Assembly: GCA_950069165.1 (NCBI GenBank)
Contig: CATMIT010000001.1
Coordinates: forward strand, 320 to 64,319
DNA: 64,000 nt
Reading direction: 5' to 3'
Origin: an uncultured Flavobacteriales bacterium
GTDB lineage: Bacteria; Bacteroidota; Bacteroidia; Flavobacteriales; BACL11
Below the pieces are notes generated by a model. It had not been told where the DNA came from and did not search any database. It saw only the letters and a list, made by a program, of their open reading frames with translations. Both the position numbers and the translations under genes were made by a program. Of the stretch, positions 37,769 to 47,759 are shown one piece after another. Each line of letters begins with the position of its first letter. Positions within the stretch are counted from its first letter, which is position 1.

Positions 37769-39511
37769 ATGAAGAAAGCCCTTCTTTTTATTTTTACTTT
37801 TTGCTACTTCTTATCGTTTAGCCAAAGCATTTACAATCCTCAATATTTGTATGATGATCCAGGAGGGTTATATGAAAAAGATTCATTAAGGAATCTGCAT
37901 GTCGATTTTTACACGCCTAATTATCACAGTATTTTGGTTGATTCCTTTTTTTTAAATCCTAAATATCGTATTCCTGCCATGATTACGCTAAATGGAATTA
38001 GTTATGATAGTGTCGGAGTAAGGTATAAAGGTAATTCCACTTTCTGTTTGCCTAATGATGCTGGAAATCCAAAATTGCCCTATAATATTGATATGAACTA
38101 TTTTGTATCTGGACAAAAATTGTTGGGATATAAAAAATTGAAACTCCCCAATGCATGGCTGGATGCCACATTTGCTAAAGAGTTTGAAGCTGCAAAAATC
38201 TATCGTAATTATCTTCCAAGTCCAGAAGTGAATTTGATAAAGTTGTATGTGCAGGGAAATTACTTGGGGGTTTATGTAAATACCGAATCCATCAATAAAC
38301 AGTTTCTGAAAAAGCATTTTGATGAAAAATCAGGTGCTTTGTTTAAGTGTGACCCAGTGCAAATGTTTTGTGATAATAGCACTGCATCAGGAGCGCCAGA
38401 TTTGAATTGGCTAGGATACGATAGTACGCTTTACTATGATAGTTATACTCTAAAATCGGAGAAAGGATGGGAAGAATTATTGGATTTAATTAATACATTA
38501 AATAATAATTTTAGTGAAATTGATAGTGTTTTAAATGTGGATAGGGTACTCTGGGCTTTTGCTGTAAATAGTGCCATTTGCAATTTGGATACTTATAATG
38601 GATATTATTTGCACAATTATTATTTATACCAAACAAAGGATGGGTTATTTCAGATGATTCCTTGGGATTTGGACAATAGTTTTTTGGGGGCAATATTAGG
38701 GTTTACCAGCCCTACAACTCTGTACGAGAGAGACCCTTATTATGGGGATGACCCTACTATTGGTCGCCCATTATTAGCGCAACTTTTAAATAATCCATTG
38801 TACCGAAATATCTATACTGCCCATTTAAGAACTGTCATTAACGAATCACTTGATACGGCAGTGATAAGAGGTGGTATTAACCAATTGCAAGCCCTGGCAC
38901 ATAATGCGGTGGATGCCGATCAAAATAAAAATTATAGTCTTTCAGAATATTATGATAATGTTGAAAATCATTTAGGTTTGTGGTGGAGGAATGGGGGTAT
39001 AATGGTAACCATTGACGGAAGAAAAGCATACTTGCAAAACCATCCTGAAATTTCTTTAATCCCTCCAACAATAACTAATGTAACAGTAAATAATAGTTTG
39101 GTAACGGCTGGGGTTTTCAATGGCAATACGGTGGAATTGATGGCAACTGATAGTGAGTACAATTCCAAATTTCAAGCTTTTGCCATGTTGGATGATGGGC
39201 TAAATGGAGATGCAGTGGCGGGGGATGGTATTTTTACTACTGCTTTGCCTTTTCAGGGCTCGGGCAATGATGTAAAATTTTACATAAGAGCAGAAAATAA
39301 TGATGCCTTGATGCTTAATCCGGAAAGGGCGGAATATGAATTTTATGTATATTCTTCTGTAAGTGGCATAACGGATATTAGACCTAATAATAACAGAAAA
39401 CTCATTAAAATTACGGATGTACTTGGTAGAACTACTACTGCCAAAAAAGGAGTTCCTCTGTTTTACATTTATGATAACGGCACAGTGGAAAAACGCCTTA
39501 CCATAGAATAA
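37769..39511 (+). CDS. Secreted CotH kinase family protein with a short T9SS-like C-terminal tail
   Basis: Start reset to ATG 37769 (MKKALLFIFTFCYFLSFSQS signal). CotH-like core (YNIDMNYF, KLKLPNAW.DATFAKE, YYLY.., WDLDNSF). C-terminus KITDVLGR..PLFYIYDNGTVEKRLTIE. Confidence 0.7.
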   Translation: MKKALLFIFTFCYFLSFSQSIYNPQYLYDDPGGLYEKDSLRNLHVDFYTPNYHSILVDSFFLNPKYRIPAMITLNGISYDSVGVRYKGNSTFCLPNDAGNPKLPYNIDMNYFVSGQKLLGYKKLKLPNAWLDATFAKEFEAAKIYRNYLPSPEVNLIKLYVQGNYLGVYVNTESINKQFLKKHFDEKSGALFKCDPVQMFCDNSTASGAPDLNWLGYDSTLYYDSYTLKSEKGWEELLDLINTLNNNFSEIDSVLNVDRVLWAFAVNSAICNLDTYNGYYLHNYYLYQTKDGLFQMIPWDLDNSFLGAILGFTSPTTLYERDPYYGDDPTIGRPLLAQLLNNPLYRNIYTAHLRTVINESLDTAVIRGGINQLQALAHNAVDADQNKNYSLSEYYDNVENHLGLWWRNGGIMVTIDGRKAYLQNHPEISLIPPTITNVTVNNSLVTAGVFNGNTVELMATDSEYNSKFQAFAMLDDGLNGDAVAGDGIFTTALPFQGSGNDVKFYIRAENNDALMLNPERAEYEFYVYSSVSGITDIRPNNNRKLIKITDVLGRTTTAKKGVPLFYIYDNGTVEKRLTIE

Positions 39512-39513
39512 AA

Positions 39514-41037
39514 CTACTGCTTAATAATTTTAGCAGAATAGATTGTTTTATCCTTCTCTCCGTATAAAAGGTAAGTGCCATTTGGCAAATCTTTTAAGGA
39601 AATCCAATCATAAGGATTTACTTGCATTTCTTTTACTATTTTTCCTTCTGTATTCAAAATTTTCAAGCTCAATTCTCCTTTAAAAGGCAATTGGACTTGA
39701 AATTTATCATCCGTAGGGTTAGGGAATATACTAAGCTTATTAAAACTCGGCTTATCTTCTATTCCTACCGAAAGCAAAGAGTCCAAATTCAAGTTTTCAT
39801 CTCCTTGCTGATAGGGCAAATACTGAAAAAATACCAAAAACATTTCATCAGTGGTTGCTACCCCAGGGATCACCATTTGTGGAGGATTGTTCGGATTATT
39901 TGGGTTGGAAGAAGTGTTGTTGTATTTTGCTTTGGCATACATTCTGCTACCTGCCGGAACTTTCAAAATATTTTTGAAATTATAAAATCCTTGCCATTCA
40001 AAATCCCAATTATTAATCCGCTCAAAAGGAATGGTGTCATTGCTTGGCGTAACGGCATAAGAGGTGATTTCTTCTCCTATCAAATGCATATGCGGAAAAA
40101 CAGAAAGGATAGAAAAGTCGGATGTCAAAACGCCATTATTTGGTGGGAATTGGGTAGTAAAAGTGGGGGTTGCATTAGCAGGAATATAAAAAGTCCATAG
40201 GCCTAGTAAAGGGTCGGTATATACCTCTCTAACGCCAGTTGTGCCACTGGGATAGAAGAAAAAATTGATTTTGGTGCTATCCACCATTCCTGCACTTCCC
40301 TTGGGGTAATGCATTTGCACTATAATATCAGCCCCTACTGGAAGCTTTACGCCCATTTTTACATTTGCTCCATTGGGAAAAATAGTAGGCTCTGCCCCAG
40401 GGGTATAACCGGCAAACAAATTCCCTTCTACCCCCATGCAATCTTGTGTAATAGTAGCTCCACCGCTTCCAGTATCAATATAGGCGAGTACATGATGCAC
40501 TATTCCCGGATTCCCAGGAATAATCTCTACAGCTTTTATATATTTAGCTGTAGAAAAATTAGTTGATAATCTGAAACAAACATATTCATCCTCATTTTGT
40601 GCATTAGAGGTATAAGTGGGTAAGCTCAATGTAAAATTAGGATTGGGTAAAATAGCCCCTGGAATATAATTAGGAGTAACAGGTGCTAAATTCATATTTC
40701 CTTGTGGCGTTCCACTATTGTTCCAATCTAAAAGTGTATTGATGTCCGAAAGAGTGAGAATTCTTTCGTGGCTGTAGCGTTGATAATTTGTATCAGGCGG
40801 CCAGGGGGGCATTTCGCCAGCAATAATAGCAATTACCATTTGGGATACCGAATTTGCAGCCTCCTGATAAGTCATTAAAGAAAATGGCGCAATACCTCCA
40901 CTATGATGACAGGAAGTACAGCTATTGAACAGTATGCCCGCAACATCCTCCGCATAATTTGGGTTTTGAGCAGATAGAGAAATGCTAATCAAAAAAGAGA
41001 ATATGAAAATTAATTTTTTCATTTTGTAAAGATACAC
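39514..41037 (-). CDS. PHM/DBH-like type II copper monooxygenase domain protein with an N-terminal CxxCH region and a canonical T9SS type A C-terminal domain
   Basis: Signal peptide, then C40-TS-C43-H44 and MPPWPPD. Ligand pattern H181H182 -61- H243 -73- H316xH318 -81- M399 mirrors the PHM CuH/CuM spacing. The tail is LSIFPNPTDDKFQVQL..GTYLLY..KIIKQ. Confidence 0.65.
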   Translation of the reverse strand: MYLYKMKKLIFIFSFLISISLSAQNPNYAEDVAGILFNSCTSCHHSGGIAPFSLMTYQEAANSVSQMVIAIIAGEMPPWPPDTNYQRYSHERILTLSDINTLLDWNNSGTPQGNMNLAPVTPNYIPGAILPNPNFTLSLPTYTSNAQNEDEYVCFRLSTNFSTAKYIKAVEIIPGNPGIVHHVLAYIDTGSGGATITQDCMGVEGNLFAGYTPGAEPTIFPNGANVKMGVKLPVGADIIVQMHYPKGSAGMVDSTKINFFFYPSGTTGVREVYTDPLLGLWTFYIPANATPTFTTQFPPNNGVLTSDFSILSVFPHMHLIGEEITSYAVTPSNDTIPFERINNWDFEWQGFYNFKNILKVPAGSRMYAKAKYNNTSSNPNNPNNPPQMVIPGVATTDEMFLVFFQYLPYQQGDENLNLDSLLSVGIEDKPSFNKLSIFPNPTDDKFQVQLPFKGELSLKILNTEGKIVKEMQVNPYDWISLKDLPNGTYLLYGEKDKTIYSAKIIKQ

Positions 41038-41043
41038 AAAACC

Positions 41044-41367
41044 CTAAAGCAGTAAATCGCATTTGGATGCGACTATGAAATCATTTTCGTGCAATCCATT
41101 TATTTTATGCGTAAAAAGAATAATTTTAATTTGCTTGTAATTGATATGAATATAAGGATGATGCCCTTCTACTTCTGATAGTTCTGCTACTTTATTGCAA
41201 AAAGCAATCCCTTCCAAATAAGTAGAAAAAGTATAGGTTTTCTCAATTTGCTTGTTCTCTATCAATGTCCAGCCTACACTTATCTCCTTTAAAAAAGGAG
41301 CTATCTCTTTGGTGGTAAGTGGGGGAATCCCTCCTTTACATGGCTCGCATGTTTTTTTATTTAGCAT
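41044..41367 (-). CDS. 4a-hydroxytetrahydrobiopterin (pterin-4a-carbinolamine) dehydratase
   Basis: EGHHPYIHINY..I.L.TH motif. About 107 aa from ATG 41367. Confidence 0.85.
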   Translation of the reverse strand: MLNKKTCEPCKGGIPPLTTKEIAPFLKEISVGWTLIENKQIEKTYTFSTYLEGIAFCNKVAELSEVEGHHPYIHINYKQIKIILFTHKINGLHENDFIVASKCDLLL

Positions 41368-41369
41368 AC

Positions 41370-41819
41370 TCAATTAATTTTTCTAGTCCAAGTGGAGCTT
41401 CTTCCAATGAGTGGAAACCATAGCAAGTGCCCTCTTAAGTCTAATTTATTTTCGCCCCTTAAGGTAATTTTTCCTCCATAGGTTTTTCCTTTTTTAGGAT
41501 CATACACTTCTCCATTTTTCCAAACATTATCTCCTTTATTAATAAATCCATACAAAATTTTCAATCCTAATGTTTTTCGTTTTTGTAATTTTTCATCCGG
41601 ATTTAAATTATCTGTTTTCGGATTTCCTTTTTCATCTATGGACTCTTTCATCCAGCTTATTTTTCCGGCAATTGTTGCTTTCTCATTTGAATTTGCTTTC
41701 TCCTCAAAAATTGTAATTACCGCATCTTTTTCTGCATTGTACCACTCTCCGATAATAAGAGCGTTTTGCCCAAATAGAAGAATTGGTAAGCAAAATAATA
41801 TAAGCATTATTCTTTTCAC
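41370..41819 (-). CDS. DUF2147 domain secreted protein
   Basis: Signal peptide, then GEWYN..KDAVITIFE..GKISW and ..NGEVYDPKKGKTYGGKITL..LDLRG, typical of DUF2147. Confidence 0.7.
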   Translation of the reverse strand: MKRIMLILFCLPILLFGQNALIIGEWYNAEKDAVITIFEEKANSNEKATIAGKISWMKESIDEKGNPKTDNLNPDEKLQKRKTLGLKILYGFINKGDNVWKNGEVYDPKKGKTYGGKITLRGENKLDLRGHLLWFPLIGRSSTWTRKIN

Positions 41820-41979
41820 TCATTATCTTTTTTGTAGAACAAAGTTAGCGGAAAAATTAATAGAAGGAAGAAATATTTTTTGGTGACCACTCCCAAAAAA
41901 GTAATAGCTAGTCCTATTAATATCAATAGCCATAATTTGTTCTTCATAACAAAAAGTTTTGGTAAATATAATAAAAAAG

Positions 41980-42051
41980 TAGCCCCACCAAGAATCGAAC
42001 TTGGATCAAAAGTTTAGGAAACTTCTATTCTATCCATTGAACTATGGGGCC
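41980..42051 (-). tRNA. tRNA-Arg (anticodon CCT)
   Basis: The reverse complement GGCCCCA-TA-GTTC..GAAT-A-GAAGT-TTCCTAA-ACTTT-TGAT-CCAAG-TTCGATT-CTTGG-TGGGGCT-A forms a 72-nt cloverleaf with a G1:U72 wobble. Confidence 0.85.
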
Positions 42052-42056
42052 TCTGA

Positions 42057-43148
42057 TTATTGTACAATTATTTTCTTCTCTACCGTACCATCATCATAGA
42101 TGTAAAACAGTGGGGCGTTATAAATTAGTGAAGCTTTTCTTCCTAAAACATCTACAATACGAATAAGCGTTTTTTCGTTTTTTGGAAATGTAATAATAGA
42201 AGTAGTTTGATTACAGGGTAAAAGATTATATAAAAAGTCACTAGTAAAAGTTATTGCCTGTATAAATTTATTATTAGAATTTCCGCTTGCAGCCCATGAA
42301 TGATCTGTTCCATTAAAGCTCAGATGAACGTTTAAAAGGCCAACACTATCGGCTTTGGGATGCATTTCTCCTGAGCCGCAAAGGGTTAAAATATTAGGGT
42401 TGTTAAGTGCTGGCGCACAGTTATAACTTACCGTATTGTCAGCAGTTCCTTGGCAACTTACCAATGGTTCATCATTGGCGTCAATCCAAGCTAGATTATT
42501 AATCCCCCCAGCAAAAGAAAAAACTGCAGTAACCTCTGATGAGTAACCGTTGTTTCCAGCATCTCCTTCTAATGTGCCACCAATAGTCGGCATTAGTGCC
42601 TGAATAGTTGCGGACAAATCGGATATACTATCAATATATGCAGTATGTAATGCCGCAACTGCCCCAGCCGAATAGCCTCCAACAAAAATAGTGTTTGGAT
42701 CAATGCCATAAGTATCGCCAATTGCAAAATCCTTTCTTAAAAACCTTACTCCTGCCTTTAAATCTGCTACTGATCTTAGCACGGCTTTATATTGCTCGGT
42801 ATTACTCGTTAAAAAAGAAATGATATTTGCAAGGCGATAATTTAATGAAACGGCCACATAGCCCCTTTTTGCAAAGGCCTTGCAAAAATCAATACAATCA
42901 ATCATGGATTTATCACCGCTATAAAATGCCCCACCATGCAAATAAAATATTACCGGGCGATTGCTTACCGTATCGCCGGTTGGGGTGTAAATGTCCATTC
43001 TGTGTTCTAGCCCTGTTAAAGTATCTGAATAATCAACTGTAGCAACATCCGTATTGCTAAATATTTCGGTTTGATAACGACCATTGCATTGTGCTAAAAT
43101 TAGGTTACCTAAACACAATATGTAGATAGAAAGGAGTAGTTTTTTCAT
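42057..43148 (-). CDS. Secreted alpha/beta hydrolase (esterase/lipase-like) with a short T9SS-like C-terminal tail
   Basis: Signal peptide, oxyanion HGGAF (FYLHGGAFYSG), nucleophile elbow GGYSAGA. C-terminus RIVDVLGR..PLFYIYDDGTVEKKIIVQ. Confidence 0.75.
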   Translation of the reverse strand: MKKLLLSIYILCLGNLILAQCNGRYQTEIFSNTDVATVDYSDTLTGLEHRMDIYTPTGDTVSNRPVIFYLHGGAFYSGDKSMIDCIDFCKAFAKRGYVAVSLNYRLANIISFLTSNTEQYKAVLRSVADLKAGVRFLRKDFAIGDTYGIDPNTIFVGGYSAGAVAALHTAYIDSISDLSATIQALMPTIGGTLEGDAGNNGYSSEVTAVFSFAGGINNLAWIDANDEPLVSCQGTADNTVSYNCAPALNNPNILTLCGSGEMHPKADSVGLLNVHLSFNGTDHSWAASGNSNNKFIQAITFTSDFLYNLLPCNQTTSIITFPKNEKTLIRIVDVLGRKASLIYNAPLFYIYDDGTVEKKIIVQ

Positions 43149-43199
43149 AATTTCATTTTCTAAAGTTTGCGCGCAAAGTTAAGAATTTTTATTATAAAT

Positions 43200-44900
43200 T
43201 TATAGCTTGTTTTTCAACTTAGCGATTGCCTGTTCAATCACATCATCTTCAATTTTAGTAAACAGAAGTGTTGCTTTATTTATTTTATGATTGTCAGTAA
43301 TAGTTTTTCCTCCGGCATCCTCCCATCCCACATTGTTTAATGCAAGCATCTCCTTTAATTTTTTGCAAGTAAAAGGCATGAAAGGCTCAGATAAAATAGC
43401 TAAGGAAGCAGCAATTTGCATAGCAATATTCATAATTGTTTCTGTTCTTCTTTCATCTGTTTTTTTCAATTTCCAGGGCTCAGTATCTGCTAAATATTTA
43501 TTTCCTAACCTTGCTAAATTCATGAATTCTGCCAATGCTTCTCTGAATCGGAACTTTTTGATTGAGGCTCCAATTTTCTCTGGGAATTCTTTTAGCTTTT
43601 TTAAAACTTCATTGTCGTAATCTTCCAAAGAATTTTGGGGAGGCACTTTTCCTTCCCAATATTTATTGGTTAATACCACCACACGATTGATAAAGTTTCC
43701 AAAGATGGCAACCAATTCATTGTTGTTTCTGGCTTGGAAATCGTTCCATGTAAAATCTGTATCCTTACTTTCAGGTGCAGTAGCACAAAGTACATATCTA
43801 AGTGCATCTTCTTGTCCATTGAAATCTTCTAAATATTCGTGCAACCAAATGGCCCACTTTCTTGAGGTAGATAATTTTTCACCTTCCAAATTCAAGAATT
43901 CGTTGGCTGGTACATTAGTTGGGAGTATATATTCCCCGTGTGCTTTTAAAATAATTGGAAAAATAATGCAATGGAAAACAATATTGTCCTTACCAATAAA
44001 ATGCACTAATTCTGTATTTTCATCTTTCCAATAATCTTCCCAATTTTTACAATTAACCTTTGCCCATTGTTTTGTTGCTGAAATGTAACCGATAGGAGCA
44101 TCCAGCCATACATAAAGTACTTTTCCATCAGCTCCTTCAATAGGAACTTTTACTCCCCATTCCAAATCACGAGTCATTGCTCTTGCTTTCAGTCCGCCAT
44201 CAATCCATGATTTGCATTGTCCTAAAACTTGACTCCTCCATGCTTTTGCATCATGATGATTTTCTCCTTCTAACATTCCGTCTTCAATCCAAGGTTTTAG
44301 CCAATTTTCATGGTTCTGCATTGGTAAATACCAATGGGTAGTTTCTTTTTTAATAGGCGTATTTCCACTCAATGTTGATTTTGGGTTTATTAATTCATTT
44401 GGGCTTAGGGCCGAACCACATTTTTCACATTGATCGCCATACGCTCCTTCCGCATTACATTTTGGACATTGCCCAGAAATATATCTGTCAGCTAAAAACT
44501 GATTACTCTCCTTATCATAAAATTGCTCGGCTGTTTTTTTAGTAAATACCCCTTTCTGTTCCAAAGTTTTGAAAAATTCCTGTGCAGTTTCATGGTGTAA
44601 TTTGTCGGATGTTCTATGGTAAATACTAAAATCAATTCCAAAATCTGCAAATACTTTTTTGTTAATGTTGTGGTATTTGTCAACTATTTCTTGTGGCAAT
44701 ACCCCCTCTTTTTTTGCTTGTAAAGTAATGGCTGCACCATGCTCATCCGAGCCACAAACAAAGACAACATCATGCCCTTTTCCTCTTAAATACCTTACAT
44801 AAATATCTGCAGGCAAATAGGCGCCCGCAATGTGTCCAATATGTAAAGGTCCGTTGGCGTAAGGCAGTGCTGATGTAACTGTATATCTTTTTGTGCTCAT
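43200..44900 (-). CDS. metG: Methionine--tRNA ligase (short form, no appended C-terminal tRNA-binding domain)
   Basis: HIGH region [13 protein letters not shown], zinc knuckles CPKC..CEKC, KMSKS variant KLSTSRK. Confidence 0.95.
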   Translation of the reverse strand: MSTKRYTVTSALPYANGPLHIGHIAGAYLPADIYVRYLRGKGHDVVFVCGSDEHGAAITLQAKKEGVLPQEIVDKYHNINKKVFADFGIDFSIYHRTSDKLHHETAQEFFKTLEQKGVFTKKTAEQFYDKESNQFLADRYISGQCPKCNAEGAYGDQCEKCGSALSPNELINPKSTLSGNTPIKKETTHWYLPMQNHENWLKPWIEDGMLEGENHHDAKAWRSQVLGQCKSWIDGGLKARAMTRDLEWGVKVPIEGADGKVLYVWLDAPIGYISATKQWAKVNCKNWEDYWKDENTELVHFIGKDNIVFHCIIFPIILKAHGEYILPTNVPANEFLNLEGEKLSTSRKWAIWLHEYLEDFNGQEDALRYVLCATAPESKDTDFTWNDFQARNNNELVAIFGNFINRVVVLTNKYWEGKVPPQNSLEDYDNEVLKKLKEFPEKIGASIKKFRFREALAEFMNLARLGNKYLADTEPWKLKKTDERRTETIMNIAMQIAASLAILSEPFMPFTCKKLKEMLALNNVGWEDAGGKTITDNHKINKATLLFTKIEDDVIEQAIAKLKNKL

Positions 44901-45005
44901 TTCTATCAGAAAAAAATTATTTTCGCAAATATAAGTTTTAGTTATTAGAAAATAGATGTGAGATGTGAGATATTAAACTAAGCAACAAACGAATCAACAT
45001 TATAA

Positions 45006-45911
45006 ATGATTATTCCGAAAAAATTAACAAAAGGAGATAAAATTGGAATTATTTCTACTGCTCGAAAAATTTCTTTGGAAGAGTTAAAACCAGCTATTCA
45101 TATTTTGGAAAGTTGGAGTTTGGAAGTGGTTTTAGGAACCAATTTATTAGAAGCGGACAATCAGTTTTCAGGGACTGTTCATCAAAGAACTGCTGATTTT
45201 CAAAGTATGATTGATGACAAATCAATAAGAGCCATTTTGTGCGCAAGAGGCGGCTATGGAAGTATTCAGATTATTGACAATATTGATTTTTCTTCTTTGA
45301 AAAAAAATCCGAAATGGATTGTGGGTTATAGTGATGTTACGGTTTTACATTCGCATTTAAATACTTTAGGAATTGCAAGTATGCATGCTACTATGCCAAT
45401 AAATTTTTCTACCAACACAGATAAAGCAATTCAAAGTTTGAGAAAATCTCTTTTTGGATTAGAAAATAATATAAAATGCAAAACGCATCCCTTTAATAAA
45501 TTAGGAAGTGTTGAAGCAGAAATAGTTGGAGGGAATTTGTCTATTTTGTATTCTTTGTTGGGCTCAAAATCGGATATTGATACAAATAAAAAAATACTTT
45601 TTATTGAAGATTTGGATGAGTATTTATATCACATTGACAGAATGATAATCAGCCTAAAACGAAATGGGAAGTTTGATAATCTGAAAGGATTAATAATTGG
45701 AGGTATGAGTGAGATGAACGATAATGATATTCCTTTCGGGAAAACATCTGTGCAGATTATTTTAGAACATCTTGAAAGTTTTGAATTCCCTATTTGTTTT
45801 GCTTTCCCAGCTGGGCATATGGATGATAATAATGCCATTGTATTCGGCATAAACTCTCGCCTTATTATTACAGAAAAAAAAGTAATATTAAGTTCCAAAA
45901 TTCAAGCATAA
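45006..45911 (+). CDS. LD-carboxypeptidase (peptidase S66, muramoyltetrapeptide carboxypeptidase-like)
   Basis: ARGGYG and GYSDVT (nucleophile Ser) motifs, 301 aa. Confidence 0.8.
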   Translation: MIIPKKLTKGDKIGIISTARKISLEELKPAIHILESWSLEVVLGTNLLEADNQFSGTVHQRTADFQSMIDDKSIRAILCARGGYGSIQIIDNIDFSSLKKNPKWIVGYSDVTVLHSHLNTLGIASMHATMPINFSTNTDKAIQSLRKSLFGLENNIKCKTHPFNKLGSVEAEIVGGNLSILYSLLGSKSDIDTNKKILFIEDLDEYLYHIDRMIISLKRNGKFDNLKGLIIGGMSEMNDNDIPFGKTSVQIILEHLESFEFPICFAFPAGHMDDNNAIVFGINSRLIITEKKVILSSKIQA

Positions 45912-45942
45912 TCTAAAACAAAAAAATGTATTTTCGCCCCTC

Positions 45943-47733
45943 ATGAAAAAGATTAGAAATTTTTGCATCATTGCTCATATCGATCATGGGAAAAGCACCC
46001 TTGCTGATAGGTTATTAGAATTTACTGGTACGGTTTCCAAAAGAGATGCACAAGAGCAATTCTTAGACAATATGGATTTGGAGCGTGAAAGAGGAATTAC
46101 AATAAAGAGCCATGCCATTCAAATGAAATACAAATTTGAAAATGAAGAATACACGCTTAATTTGATTGACACTCCTGGTCATGTCGATTTTTCTTATGAA
46201 GTATCTCGATCTATTGCGGCTTGTGAAGGCGCTTTGCTTATAGTGGATGCTGCACAAGGAATTCAGGCACAAACTATTTCCAATTTGTATTTGGCTTTGG
46301 AAAATGATTTGGAAATTATCCCTGTTATTAATAAAGTGGATTTACCCTCAGCAGAACCGGAAATAGTTGCGGATCAAATTATAGATTTAATTGGCTGTGA
46401 AGAAGATAAAATAATTTCTGCAAGTGCAAAAACAGGAATTGGGATTGAAAATATTTTAAAGGCAATTATTGAAAGAGTTCCTCCGCCAAATGGCGATATA
46501 AACAAACCCCTTCAAGCAATGATTTTTGATTCAGTTTACAATCCTTTTAGAGGGATTGAGGCCTATTTCAAAATACTAAATGGAGAGATAAAGAAAGGGG
46601 GGAAAGTTAAGTTCATTGCCACTGGAAAAGAGTATTTTGCAGATGAAATTGGCGTATTAAAACTAAAACAAGAACCAAAAAAGAAGATGAGTGCCGGGGA
46701 GGTTGGCTATATTATTTCAGGGATTAAAGAGGCAAAGGAAGTAAAAGTTGGGGATACCATTACTACTGTTGAAAACCCTGCTACTGATGCCATACAGGGT
46801 TTTGAGGATGTAAAACCAATGGTTTTTGCAGGTATTTATCCAGTGGATACGGACGACTATGAAGAATTGAGAAATTCCATGGAAAAACTCCAACTAAATG
46901 ATGCATCCCTCACCTACGAGCCCGAATCCTCCACTGCCTTAGGCTTTGGTTTTAGGTGCGGATTTTTGGGGATGTTGCACATGGAAATTATACAGGAAAG
47001 ATTGGAGAGAGAATTTGATATGACTGTAATTACAACTGTGCCAAATGTGTCTTATTTTGCCTATACCACAAAAGGCGAGAAATTGGCTATTCATAATCCT
47101 TCTGATTTACCGGATGGCAGTATTTTGGATTATGTGGAAGAGCCATACATTAGGGCTCAAATTATTACAAAATCTGATTTTGTGGGAACGATAATGACGC
47201 TTTGCATTGAAAGAAGAGGGGAACTAAAAAACCAGGTTTATTTAACAACCGATAGGGTAGAGCTTTCTTTTGAAATGCCGCTTGGCGAAATTGTTTTTGA
47301 TTTTTATGACAAACTCAAAACCGTTTCAAGGGGTTATGCTTCTTTCGATTATCAACCCCTTGATTATAGGCGTTCTAATTTGGCAAAGCTCGATATCCTG
47401 TTAAATGGTGACCAAGTAGATGCGCTATCGGCACTTATACATAGAGACCATGCTTATGATTTCGGGAAAAAGATATGTGTGAAATTACGTGAACTTATCC
47501 CTAGGCAACAATTTGACATTGCTATTCAGTCGGCAATTGGATCAAAAATTATCTCGCGTGAAACGGTAAAAGCCCTACGAAAAGATGTAACGGCAAAATG
47601 TTATGGAGGTGATATTACTCGGAAAAGGAAATTGTTGGAAAAACAAAAGAAGGGGAAAAAACGAATGAGGAAAGTGGGAAATGTTGAAATTCCACAGAAT
47701 GCTTTTATGGCAGTACTAAAATTGGATGGTTAA
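45943..47733 (+). CDS. lepA: Elongation factor 4 (LepA)
   Basis: [28 protein letters not shown], and the conserved LepA C-terminal region. Confidence 0.97.
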   Translation: MKKIRNFCIIAHIDHGKSTLADRLLEFTGTVSKRDAQEQFLDNMDLERERGITIKSHAIQMKYKFENEEYTLNLIDTPGHVDFSYEVSRSIAACEGALLIVDAAQGIQAQTISNLYLALENDLEIIPVINKVDLPSAEPEIVADQIIDLIGCEEDKIISASAKTGIGIENILKAIIERVPPPNGDINKPLQAMIFDSVYNPFRGIEAYFKILNGEIKKGGKVKFIATGKEYFADEIGVLKLKQEPKKKMSAGEVGYIISGIKEAKEVKVGDTITTVENPATDAIQGFEDVKPMVFAGIYPVDTDDYEELRNSMEKLQLNDASLTYEPESSTALGFGFRCGFLGMLHMEIIQERLEREFDMTVITTVPNVSYFAYTTKGEKLAIHNPSDLPDGSILDYVEEPYIRAQIITKSDFVGTIMTLCIERRGELKNQVYLTTDRVELSFEMPLGEIVFDFYDKLKTVSRGYASFDYQPLDYRRSNLAKLDILLNGDQVDALSALIHRDHAYDFGKKICVKLRELIPRQQFDIAIQSAIGSKIISRETVKALRKDVTAKCYGGDITRKRKLLEKQKKGKKRMRKVGNVEIPQNAFMAVLKLDG

Positions 47734-47759
47734 ATTATTATTTTTGAAAAACTTTAAAT

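Noticed and set aside
44955-44971. Micro-tandem repeat GATGTGA-GATGTGA-GAT in the metG / LD-carboxypeptidase intergenic region.
   Set aside because: It has only 2.4 copies of a 7-mer and no flanking structure or partner site, so it is compatible with chance or slippage in AT-rich spacer.
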